A stretch of DNA of 64,000 nucleotides, from contig CM075990.1 in the NCBI GenBank assembly GCA_038087875.1, positions 2,110,001 through 2,174,000 of the forward strand. Reading direction: 5' to 3'. The position numbers and the translations under genes were made by a program. The DNA comes from Malacoraja senta (lineage: Eukaryota). Positions 12,551 to 23,640 of the stretch are shown here, piece by piece; position 1 is the first letter of the stretch; each line of letters starts with the position of its first letter. Under the pieces are notes generated by a model. That model was not told the DNA's origin. It saw only the letters and a program-made list of their open reading frames with translations, and searched no databases.

Positions 12551-14555
12551 ATTAACAGGTTGATTCTGTCATGTAGCAGATGAGATTCCCGAGGGACGGG
12601 ATGAATAAGCAAATATTTATGTTTAAGAACAACCATAGGTGGTTCCGTTAGCATTCCTAACACTAAAGGGAACCATGGCTGTGTAGGCCAGTTAGGCACT
12701 ACTAAAATACCCGAAGCGAAGTCTTGCATGATTTTTGCAAGCATCGACCAATGAGGCAAAATGGAGGGAAAGCATAGAAGAACATCCCCCCCCAGTCTAA
12801 AGAGAATGCATCAATAGCCTCCGCCCCTGGGTCTGGCTCCCATGCTACATATCTTGGTAATTGGTGATTAAGCCTGGAGGCAAACAAATCAATATCAGCT
12901 GTTCCATAACGAGCAATAATGTCGTTAAACACATTTTGATTTAACATCCATTCCGTGTGATCATTGAATTTACGAGATCTAGTATCTGCCACTGTGTTAA
13001 ATCTACCCGGTAAATAAGCAGCTGTAAATAAGCTCCTGTCTATACACCAATTCCAAATGAGATTAGCTAAAGTATCACAGGATACTGATTTGTTTCCACC
13101 CATGTGATTAATATATGCCACCGCCGTAGTGTTATCAATTTGAAGTCTAACATTCACATCATGTAGCTTCCCACAATAAGCCTTCAAACCATAGAATGCC
13201 CCCAGCATTTCCAGGTAATTGATACCATATTGATGGCTAAATGGTAACTCGTACATGTTCCATCTGCCGCTGCAACTGGAAATGGTGTTCGTAGCTCCCC
13301 ATCCCAGTGCACTTGCATCACTCTGCAGTGTAATTAAAGGTTTACTAGACAAAATGCCGCCGGAGCAATGTTGAATATTGGTCGTCCACCATTGTAACTC
13401 CGCTTTAGATTTAGACGACAACTCCATCGGTCTGTCGAAATGACCTAAGTGGAATTTAAGTGCCTGATCCTTTGCACGCTGCAGATTTCAATAATGCAAA
13501 GGCCCAAATCGAGCAGCTGGAAAGACAGCCACTATTTTGCCAATTACTCTAGCCACCTGGCGAATAGATGGCTTTTCTGAAATCAGAAGGTTATTACAGG
13601 CTTCCATCAAATCTAGTCTTTTCCCCCTGGGCAGGATCCATTTCCATTGAGTTAATAGTAAACCCTAAATAATCAATAGACCTTGTTGGTATCAACCTGG
13701 ATTTGGCTGGATGGATGACAAACCCCAATTTCTCAAAAATGAGCTTCGTAGCTGAAACCGCTAGTTTTTGCCAGATGCAGTGTTCTGCCGATGATCAGAA
13801 TATCATCTAAATAGCCCATAACAATATGCCATTTAGCTCTGAGCTGGCCGAGCACTGGCCTCAGCAGTTTGGTAAATAACCGAGGAGCTGAGCTTAATCC
13901 ATTAGGTAACACTTTAAACTGCCACAGCTGCCCCATCCAGCTAAACTTCAGATATCTCCGGTGATCCTTGTGAATCGGAACCGAATAATATGCATCCTTG
14001 AGATCGATGCATGCAATAAAGCAGCCCTCAGAAATCAGTTGCTTAACAGTAAAGAAATTCTCTATTTTAAAATGTCTATACTGCCAAATCAAGGATGATA
14101 CGGCATCCACCATCTTTCTTCTCCCTGGAGAATATATTAGAGATGTATTGATCTTTTTCATAAATTGATATCTCAATTACTCCTTTTTTGTGCAATGCAT
14201 GTATTTCCGCTTGTATATCCAAATTCTCTTGTTTGGAGCAAGTATACGACCGACTTGGCGTATCTTGTGTGGGTGGAAATGAGTTAGGCAAAAACTTAAT
14301 TTTGAAACCCTTTATACTGTGCAATATAAATGGATCTGAGGTTATCTACTGCCATTCATGCAAAAACAAACTTAACCTACCACCAACTTGAAATTCTCCC
14401 TCACACCCCGTGTGACTGATAGAATCAGACCCACCTACCTCAAAGATTACAGGTGGTTCGATACCAGGCCCAGCGGACCCTAATTCTGGTTCTGTTTTTT
14501 CCCCTTCGCTCTGAAAGGTTGAGCTGCTGGGACGTGAGGCTGCTGCATCTTCCAT
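12538..14555 (-). pseudogene. DIRS pol: reverse transcriptase, RNase H and Dam-like methyltransferase domain, disrupted
   Basis: VGGRLSLF..W N-terminus; IDLKDAYY, LPNGLSSAPRLF, YLDD (RT); SDASALGWG, INYLE, IDNTTAVAYIN, NTVAD (RNase H); DLFAS...YAFPPF, VVPNWPTQPWF (MT). Confidence 0.92.
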
Positions 14556-15721
14556 GATGGGCGGGACGGGCCTAGGTCTAAAAAGGACCTGTGGTAGGAC
14601 AAATCTGGAGTTCCCACTGGCTTCAGAAAACCGCTTCTTGCTAGAAGAGGCGTAGGGGTGCTGACGCCGGAAGAGCGGAGACTTGCTCATAGGAAATGCT
14701 TTAATCATGCCTGCTGCTTTAGATTTCTCGTGCAAGTCCTTGACCTGTTTGCTCAGGTCTTCTCCGAAGAGGAGATTTGGAGGCTGAATATTACTGGCCT
14801 TGCACAGATGTGCGAACTTTGGGTTCAGTACTGGCCTGATGGCGTCTTTCAGTTTATTTCAAAATGTGCGTTGCACATCAGTGCCATAGCATCCTGTTGA
14901 ACTTCAGATAATTGACCACCATCGATCGACCTGGCAAAAGCCGTGATGCCTGCTGACAATAACCTCAGGATGCATTGAAGCTTCATTTCTTTGGCTTTGA
15001 TGTTGGACGCAATATAACCCCAAATAGAGGCGTTGACTAAGGGCACATTTAAAGTTGCACAATTTTCTGGACTGGGGTATTTTGCCGTCGTTTCCACCAT
15101 AGTTTCCTCCTTTAGTTGGTGGGAAGTAAGGTAGCTGATGCTTGAGGCCAACTCCCCTAGAAGTGGCTTGCCTGTCCGCGAAGGAACAGCAAATTTGGAG
15201 GCTAGAGCGGGCAACTCTTCTTTATGTGTATCACGCATATCATGCATCACAGCATGAGCCTCCGGCACACATTCATATTCGGAGTCAGCTGTGTACCGAT
15301 TTCCGAAACTCCCCTCATCCGAGTGGGATGAAACAAGCAGCCCTGTACCAGGAGCTGCAGCAGGCGTTAGAATAGAACTGCCTAGGTATGCCTCCGTAGC
15401 ATGGAGCATATTGTGCGCCAGCATCCTCTCCATGAGATGCTCCATCTGTGATAAACGGCCTAACACATCAGACATTGATGTGGGAGCAGTATCCTCCTGG
15501 CCTGAATCATCTGAGAGGACTTGCCTCACTGTTTTCTGTTTGGCTTTACCCCCCTTCGGGGTTGCCAAGCTGTTCCTTGCAGGAACTAATTCCGAGGTGG
15601 CTGAGCAAACTGCCAGCGATTCTGAGGATGAAATAGACGGCCGCCGGCTTTCCGCACTCCCGCGGTCTTCTGCAGCCGGTTTTACCGTGGCCCGTCTAGG
15701 TTTGGTCCTAGGTTTCTCCAT
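14480..15721 (-). pseudogene. DIRS ORF1 (gag-like), frameshifted near 14850
   Basis: ORF 14849..15763 (YPSPENCATLNVPLVNASIW), continuing KDAIRPVLNPKFAHLC...LLFGEDL in another frame; lies upstream of pol. Confidence 0.8.
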
Positions 15722-16409
15722 AATCACACCTAGAGACTCTGTTGAAAAAATACCGTACAGCAAAACACCTCAGAGCAAGTTTACACTTACCTGTGAGGCT
15801 TTTAAACTTACCGCTGGAGGAGCCGACGCTTCTCCCAGCCTGTCCGTGCGCCATGCGTTAGACATATTGACGCGCATGCGGGCTGCGGGCTCTTCACGTA
15901 GTCACTCACGTCACTTCGATATAAAAGAAACATTCGACATGCACATGGATAGGACATGTTTGGAGGGATATGGGCCAAATGCAGGCAGGTGGGACAAGTG
16001 TAGCTGGGACATGTTGGTCGGTGTGGGCAAGTTGGGCCGAAGGGCCTGTTTCCACATTATAGGTCTCTATGACTCTACAATTGCAATGTTGTTTATGTTG
16101 CCGTCACCATACTACAGGAAGGATGTGCTTGATTGTAGTCATGTTTCATCTTTTCATTGACTGGATAGCACCCAATAAAAAAAAACTTTCACTGTACAAT
16201 AATAACCAAAACTAAACTGAATTGTTGGCTTGGTTGGACCATTGTGAGCTCCACCTCTCCTTGATCATCGCTGCTTTTTGCATATATTTCATTCATTTGC
16301 TCAATTTACCTTCTATATCTCTCGTTTCCCTTTCCCCTGTCTCTCAGTCTGAAAAAGGGTCTAGACCCGAAACGTCACCTATTCCTTTTCTCCTGATGTT
16401 TTGTAGGAA

Positions 16410-17362
16410 GGACCTGCAGATGCTGGTTTAAACCGAAGATAGACACAAAATGCTGGAGTAACTCAGCGGGACAGGCAGCATCTCTGGATAGATCTGGGTG
16501 ATGATTCGGGTCAAGACCCTCCTTCAGACTAAGTCAGGGGAGAAGGAGATACAGAGATAAGGAAATATAAGGAGTGAAAATAAGACAAAGGGGATGAAGA
16601 TCAAGGTAAATGTAAAATAAATCATTGTTAGCCAGGAGAAGGTAACAACAAAGTAAACAGAGGTAAAATGTAAATGAGGACAGTCAGACTGGTCGAAGAA
16701 CAGGGAAGAGGGGAGGGATGGAGAGAGAGGGAAGGCAAGGGTTACTTGAAGTTCGAGAAGTCAATAATCATACCGCTGGGGTGTGAGCTGCCCAAGCGAA
16801 ATATGAGGTGCTGTTCCTGCAATTTGCGCTGGGCCTCACTCTGTCAATGGAGGAAGCCTAGGACAGAAAGGTCAGTGTGGGAATGGGAGGGGGAGTTAGT
16901 CATCATCATTGTTAAAAACATGAACGGGCACAGTGTGTACGACAGTGATCACAACTTCTACTGAAGTGTGGATGGCCGTTGACTCACTAGGAGCTCATCC
17001 GCCCTTTGACAGGTCTTGTTTTTGGTCCTGCTGGGGGTCCACAGCCCCCTCCTCACCTGGCAAACCAGGTGGGGGAGACGGTTTAGTCGCCGACTATCCG
17101 ACCATGGAGCAGGTAGCACGGGATTACATGGTACCCGTGGCGGGGGGAACCTGACCCCCAAAGTTAAAGTGTTTAGCAACTGGGAGATCAGGTAGGTTAA
17201 GGCGGACTGAGCGGAGGTGTTCAGCGAAACGATCGCCGAGCCTGCGCTTGGTCTCGCCGATGTATAGGAGTCCACACCTGGAAATGTTCCAGAGATGCTG
17301 CCTGAATTCCTCCAGGTTTTTGTGTCTATCTTCAGTGTAGACCAGCATCTGCAGTTCCTTCC
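16410..17362 (-). mobile_element. Penelope-derived element (GIY-YIG remnant) split by the insertion at 16901-17158
   Basis: SRCGLLYIGETKRRLGDRFAEHLRSVRLNLPDLPVAKHFN in ORF 17124..17348. Confidence 0.8.
16901..17158 (-). mobile_element. Unclassified structured short retroposon with (ATG)n tail, copy 1
   Basis: Close match to 21002-21256; interrupts the Penelope remnant, short AGTTA duplication. Confidence 0.75.
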
Positions 17363-17703
17363 TTCACAAGGAGTGACCTACAGAGGTTTAGGGGAAATAT
17401 TTAAAGGGGACCTGAGGAGTAAGGTTCAATGTTTTCACACTGAGAGTGGTGAATATGTGGTCTGAGCTGCCAGAGGAAGTGGTAGGGGCAAGTACAATTA
17501 CTAGACGAGGTCCATGGATAGGTGTTGGAGAGATATGTGCGAAACATATTTAAACAGGACTAATGGTAGACAAAAATGCTGGAGAAACTCAGTGGGCGAG
17601 GCAGCATCTATGGAGCGAAGGAAATAGGCAACGTTTCCCTTCTTCAGACCCTTTGGAGTGAGGAGAACTTCAAAGAAGGGTCTTGACCCGAAACGTTGCC
17701 TAT

Positions 17704-18225
17704 TTTCAATGAGGTCCCCCCTCAACCTTCTAAGCTCCAGCGAGTTGAGGCCCAGTGCTGTCAAACGCTCATCATGTGCTAACCCACTCATTCCTGGAAT
17801 CATTCTGGTAAACCTCCTCTGGACCTTCTCCAGAGCCAGTATATCCTTCCTTGGATATGGGGTCCAAATTTGCTCATTGAAACTTACAGAATAATGAAAG
17901 GCAAAGATAGAGTGGATGTGGAAAGGATGTTTCCACTGGTGGGAGAGTCTAGGACTAGAGGTCATAGCCTCAGAATTAAAGGGCGCTCTTTTAGAAAGGA
18001 GGTGAGGAGGAACTATTTTAGTCAGAGGGTAGTTAATCTGTGGAACTCATTGCCACAGAGGGCTGTGGAGGCCAAGTCAGTGGATATTTTTAAGGCAGAG
18101 ATAGACACATTCTTGATTAGAATGGGGGTCAAGGATTATGGGGAGAGCAGGAAAATGGCATTAGGAGGCAGAGATCAGCCTTGATTGAATGGCGGAGTCT
18201 AAATCTACTCTTATAACTTATGAAC
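17704..18225 (+). mobile_element. CR1 insertion with 5' inversion
   Basis: 17704-17872 antisense (...RRLRGDLIE); 17873-18225 sense (LIETYRIMKG...); CTCATTGAAA present at both breakpoints. Confidence 0.85.
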
Positions 18226-18639
18226 GTGAACTTGTATCTCAGGTGGGGCAAGCACAAGGTACCTGGAGTGCTGCTCCACACCTTGCTCTTTGACTGATAC
18301 CAGTATGAATGGATCGCCAGGTCTTGGCTGAAGTAGGGTCCCGACCCAAAATGTCACCTATCGATATTCTCCAGAGATGCTGCCTGACCCGTTGGGTTAC
18401 TCCAGCACTTTGCATCTTAATTATAAACCTTTCGCTGCAGTGCCATGTTACTATGACCCTACATTTTCCCTGGTTAGTCTTTTGTCCTTAAACTACTTAT
18501 AGCATCCATCACATTTACCTTAGCCCTGCCCGCCTGAGGTTTCTGTTCATCCCTGCTGGCCTTTCGAAGCTGACTAGCACCTCTAAAAGGTTAGAAAATT
18601 GATTTTCAAATGTTTAGAACTTTAATTTTTATACTTTTT

Positions 18640-19824
18640 AATAGTAAGGTTAAATGAGAACTTACCAGTTTGAAGTTTGATCTTTATTTTATGAGGAGTT
18701 ACGATGAGGATTACGTGAAGAACCCGCCAGCCCGCATGCGCGTCAATCTTCAAAGCAGCGGTGTGAAATCACAGATAACAGTTGTTGAACTGAATATAGT
18801 AAGATTCGAGAAACTAGAACTATCAGCTGACCTTTATGAGAGAGGGTTGGGAGCGGAGGGCACGTAATCCCTCATCGTAACTCCTCATAAAATAAAGATC
18901 AAACTTCAAACTGGTAAGTTCTTGTTTAATCTTACTATTTTACTTCGGAGTCACGTGAGTGACTACGTGAAGATTTCAAAGCTCTGTGAGTTCATGCCGT
19001 GGACACGGGTCCATGCGCCACACACTGCATCAATTGACCAGGTATGAGTGAAATGTAATAAAGCATGACATAAATGTAAACATGCTGATGCTTTTTAATG
19101 ACGAAATGATAATCATAGTAATCCCACTCATCCAGTAGGAATTAAAAACAGAACCTAAAAATAGAGTTGGCAAATACCCCCGGTCTGGCAATGGGTTTGT
19201 TATAACACATTGGAAATTCGCTTGTTTGACCCTCCTGCAGCTGCTAGGATATGGTCCAGCGAAACCTCCATAACCCTCGCTGCTGATGTTGTTGCAGCCC
19301 TGGTGGAGTGAGATTTGAAAACATCAGTGTTCACTCCTGTACAAGCCAGAACCCGTTTTAATCACCTGGGGATGGTCTATACTGATACCTACGTATGAGG
19401 TTTATTGTAACTAACAAACATTGCCAGTTCTAGGTGACATAATGACTGTTGTAGATGTGTGACCACACACACAACCAAAGGTCCATGGGGTATGCCATGA
19501 AACTAGTTTGAGACCGAGCAGGGGTTCCCCACGCCGAGCCGGGAATCTCCGCGGTCTCCGCAGCCAGGTTTCCCCAAGCTGGGTTTACCCCCGCGGAGCC
19601 TGGATTTCCTGGAACGTCATTCAGCAGGAACTCTATAAAAGAGCTTCCTGCAAGAAAAAGCACAACCTGAAATATAAGTTCGAAACTTACCTTCAGGTTT
19701 GAAACTTACCGTTGGAGGAGCGACGCGCCTGCCAGCCAGTCGTTGAGCCATGCGTTAGATGTAATGACGCGCATGCGGGCTGGTGGGTTCTTCACGTAGT
19801 CACTCATGTGACTCCGAAGCAAAA
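18640..19824 (-). mobile_element. Internally deleted DIRS element of a second subfamily (~1.19 kb)
   Basis: Both termini, ITRs and ICR (18861-18973) retained; YR 3' remnant (FKSHSTRAATTSAA) at ~19155-19525 joined to the leader and gag start. Confidence 0.92.
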
Positions 19825-20865
19825 TTACTAGTTTATTAAATTGGTAACAAAAAAAGTGATGGAAAAAATTGTTAATAAATGTGTCTTAATTTTTTATTGA
19901 TTACCATTTTGTCTTCAAAAAAGGCATTGCTCCAATACACCAAGACACAGAAGGCCGTGGAGGTCGTCAGTGGATATTTGTAAGGCAAAGATAGATAGAT
20001 TCTTGATTAGTACAGGTGTCAGAGGTTATGAGGAGAATAGGGTTAGGAGGGAGAGATAGATCAGCCGTGATTAAATGGTGTAGACTAGATGGGCCGAACG
20101 GCCTAATTCTTTCCTATCCCTTATGACCTTATGACCTTACGACAAAGTGGAAAACCACCATTGTTCCTTGTGTCTACTAGTTCTCTATACCTGTCTTTAC
20201 TTTTGTTTAAAATAGACACAAAGGCTGGAGTAACTCAGCGGGACAGGCAGCATCTCCCTGAGAGAAGGAATGGGTGACGTTTCGGGTCGACACCCTTCTT
20301 CAGACTGATATCAGGGGAGCCAGCACCACCATTCAATATGATCATGGCTGATCATCCAGACTCAGTACCCCGTTCCTGCTTTTTCCCCATATCCATTGAT
20401 TCTGTTAGCCCTAAGAGCTAAATCTAACTCTCTCTTGAATACATACCAGGACAGAAAGGTCAGTGTGGGAATGGGAAGGGGAATCTATGAAGGTGACTTT
20501 AGTTTACTTTACTTGAGGTGTACAGCATGAAAACAGGCCCTTCGGCCCACCAAGTTCATGCCGACCAACAATCGCCCATTCACATTAGTTCTATGTTATT
20601 TCCCTTTCTCATCCACTCCCTACATTGCAGGGGCAATTTTTTATGGAGTCTAATTAATCTACAAACCACATGTCTTTGGGATGTGGGAGGAAACCGAAGC
20701 ACCCTGCATAAATGGACACCTCCAGATTTATGGATATTTTCTTTCCAGCTGTTATCAGGCAACTGAACCGTCCTCTCACCAACTCGAGTGCAATCCTAAC
20801 CTTCCATCTACCTCATTGGAGACCTTTGATCTATCTTTAATCGGACTTTATTAAATATCCTTCAT

Positions 20866-21264
20866 TCATCATCGTGGAAAACATTAGCGACGCAGTGGTG
20901 CTGGTTTCCGACGGGAACGGTGACGGACGCACCACGCATCTTGTCCTCCAGTTCCTGCGGACTTCCGCCGCTGGAAGTACAGGATTTTGGTGTGTGTGCT
21001 TCATCATCATTCCTTACAATGCCGTGTACGATAGTGATCGCAACTTCTACTGAAGTGTGGATGGCCGTTGGCTCACTAGAAGCTCATCCGCCCTTTGACA
21101 GGTCTTGTTTATTGTCCTGCTGGGGGGTCCACAGCCCCCTACTTACCTGGCAAACCAGGTGGGGGAGACGGTTTGGTCGGCGACTATCTGACCATGGAGC
21201 AGGTAGCACGGGATTACATGGTACCCGTTGCGGGGAGAACTCCCCCCGACCTGACCAGCAACCT
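20866..21264 (-). mobile_element. Unclassified structured short retroposon with (ATG)n tail, copy 2, 11-bp TSD
   Basis: ATATCCTTCAT at 20855-20865 and 21265-21275; homologous to 16901-17158 with an extra ~135-nt 3' module. Confidence 0.8.
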
Positions 21265-21917
21265 ATATCCTTCATCCTGTATCTGCATACTGTGGATGGC
21301 TTGATTGCAAACATGTATACTCCTCTCGTTGACTGGATAGCACACGACAAAAGCATATCACTGTACCTCAGTACATGTGACAATAATAAACTAAATTAAA
21401 TATCCACAGGGAGTACATGCAAACTCCCCGTAGGCAGCAACAGAGGTCAGGATCGAACCCAGGTCTCTGGCGCTAGGACGCAGCAACAATACCAGTTTGA
21501 CCACTGTGTAGTTCAGTACAGTTTAGAGATACAGAGCGGAAACAGGCCCTTCGGCCCACCAAGTCCGCACCGACCAGCGATCCCCGCACATTAATATTAT
21601 CCTACACACACTAGGGACGATTTAAACTTATACCAAGCCAATTAACCTACAAACCTCTATGTCTTTGGAGTGTGAGATGAAACTGAAGAACTTGGAGAAA
21701 GCCCACGCAGGTCACGGGGAGAACGTACAAACTCCTTACAGACAGCACCCTTGGTCAGGATTGAACCCGGGTCTCCGGCGCTGCAAGCGCTGTAAGGCAG
21801 CGACTCAACCGCTGCGCCACCGTGGCCTTCCACTGTGCCGCCCTGTCACATCCTCAGTATCCCTCGACATCCCGCAGTCCCTGTGCTTATTACCCCCAGC
21901 ATTTATTCTCACAAGAA

Positions 21918-22200
21918 TCCATCACGGGTACTGACCTCCCCACCATCGAAGGGATCTACAGCAGTCGCTGCCTAAATCAGGCAGCCAGCATCATCAGAGA
22001 CCCACACCACCCTGGCCACGCTCTCATCTCCCCCCTGCCATCGGGAAGAAGGTACAGGAGCCTGAAAACTGTAACGTCCAGGTTCAGGAACAGCTTCCTC
22101 CCTACAGCCATCAGGCTATTGAACACCACAACCTCCAAATAGACTCTGAACTCCATAGACTTTGGGGCATTGGTTTTGGCTTTTGCACTATTTTTGTTTG
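21918..22200 (+). mobile_element. Rex1/Babar-type LINE 3' fragment (similar at 24790-25140, 29340-29508, 46050-46215, 51680-52232, 63490-63768)
   Basis: ITGTDLPTIEGIYSSRCLNQAASIIRDPHHPGHALISPLPSGRRYRSLKTVTSRFRNSF. Confidence 0.8.
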
Positions 22201-22868
22201 CATGTTTTAATATGTATATATGAATGTGTATATGTGTCTAGGACCAGAGGCCTTAGCCTCAGAGGAAAGGGACGTGCCTTTAGAAAGGAGATGAGAAGGA
22301 ATTTACTTCGTCAGAGGGTGGTGAATCTGTGGAATTCTTTGCCACAGACACCTGTGGAGGCCATCAATGGATAATTTTAAGTCAGAGATTGACCGATTCT
22401 TGATCAGTACGGGTGTCAGGGGTTGTGGGGAGAAGGCAGGAGAATGGGGTTGAGAGGGAAAGATAGATCAGCCATGATTGAATGGCGGAGTAGACTTGAT
22501 GGGCCGAATGGCCTATTTCTATTCCTGGATCTTATGAACTATTTTTACCTACCTGTGGTTCTGTCTGGGACATATGACAATTGAATCTTGACTCCTGGAT
22601 GCTGCTCTGTAAGTGAGATTTTCATTCTACCTGTACCTGACCGACTTTAAGGTCACAAACTAAATCCAACCCTTTTTACCCCACAGGATCTACCGTTAGC
22701 CTCTGAATAATGAGAGAAGGACTGGCAACTCACTGAAGCTCAGCTTGACATACAAAAGGTACTGAATTTATTTCCAGATTTTTTACAAGATTGCCGGTAT
22801 AATTGGACAACTAATGCAAAATATTAACGGCTTATGCTTATGAACCTGATTGATCTTGCTGTGGAGGG

Positions 22869-23640
22869 TAGGATTGACAACTGTCCCGTATTAGCCGGGA
22901 CATCCCGTATATTGGGCTAAATTGGTTTGTCCCATACCGGACCGCCCTTGTCCCGTATTTGACTGCTGCTACTCGGGTCGAGGGGACTGTCGGGTCGGAG
23001 CGCAGCATCCGGCCCTGCCTCACCCGTCCCGACGTAGTGCAGCCCATGGAGTGCAGCAGCAGCAGCAGCGCCCGTGGCCCTGTGGGAGGGAGATAATTCA
23101 CTTTCATCCAAGATCCCTGTGCGTAGTGGAGAGGATAGGGCTGAAGATGTCCTGGTTGGGTTGCTCCTGGGCCTGGCCAAGCTGGCCATCCGCGAGTCAC
23201 GCGGCAGGCGGAAGAGGGCTCTGCCCGAGCCGGCTGCCTGCCCCTTTTCCGGGGTTACGTCCGCGCCCGGGTGGTGTTAGAGAGGGAACACACGCTGTCC
23301 ACGGGCGCCCTGGGGGATTTCCGGGACCGCTGGGCATTGCGGGGGGTTGACAAGGAGTGTAAGATAGTTGTATAATAGTTTATTTAGTATATTTGTTTGT
23401 CTTGTATTATGGTGGTGGGTTCTGTTTTGTTTTATTGTATTGTAAATATATAATTTTTAATAATTGAAAAAAAAAATTGATTACAAATAATAGTTACCGC
23501 ATTCAGACCGAAATCATTCAAAAGAAAGCCTAATGATTGCAGCGAGAAATCCTCGCGGATATTTTTTTCCTGATACACGTCGGGAGAAAATGTCCCACTC
23601 AGTTTCGGGACCAGAATGTGTTTGTGTCCCAACATTTGTT
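22869..23640. mobile_element. hAT (Blackjack-like) DNA transposon fragment interrupted by a Tx1/L1 piece
   Basis: Begins TAGGATTGACAAC, followed by repeated TGTCCC(G) subterminal motifs; more TGTCCC motifs at 23590-23630. Confidence 0.5.
23115..23476 (+). mobile_element. Tx1/L1-clade LINE 3' end with poly(A)
   Basis: EDVLVGLLLGLAKLAIRESR...FRGYVRARVVLEREH...FRDRWA ORF2 C-terminus, T-rich UTR, A-run at 23467-23476. Confidence 0.75.

Larger units (their letters stand above)
11077..15926 (-). mobile_element. DIRS1-type tyrosine-recombinase retrotransposon, full-length and decayed (~4.85 kb)
   Basis: Gene order gag, RT/RNase H/MT, YR; ITRs 11149-11183 vs 15867-15900; ICR 11297-11409 complementary to both termini; no long TSD. 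Confidence 0.95.

Noticed and set aside
12702..12930. Adenine methyltransferase-like segment as bacterial contamination or a novel gene transfer
   Set aside because: Known integral MT domain of DIRS1-group pol, embedded in vertebrate repeats
15291..16160. 289-aa plus-strand ORF
   Set aside because: Antisense shadow of DIRS gag that runs across the element boundary into CR1 sequence
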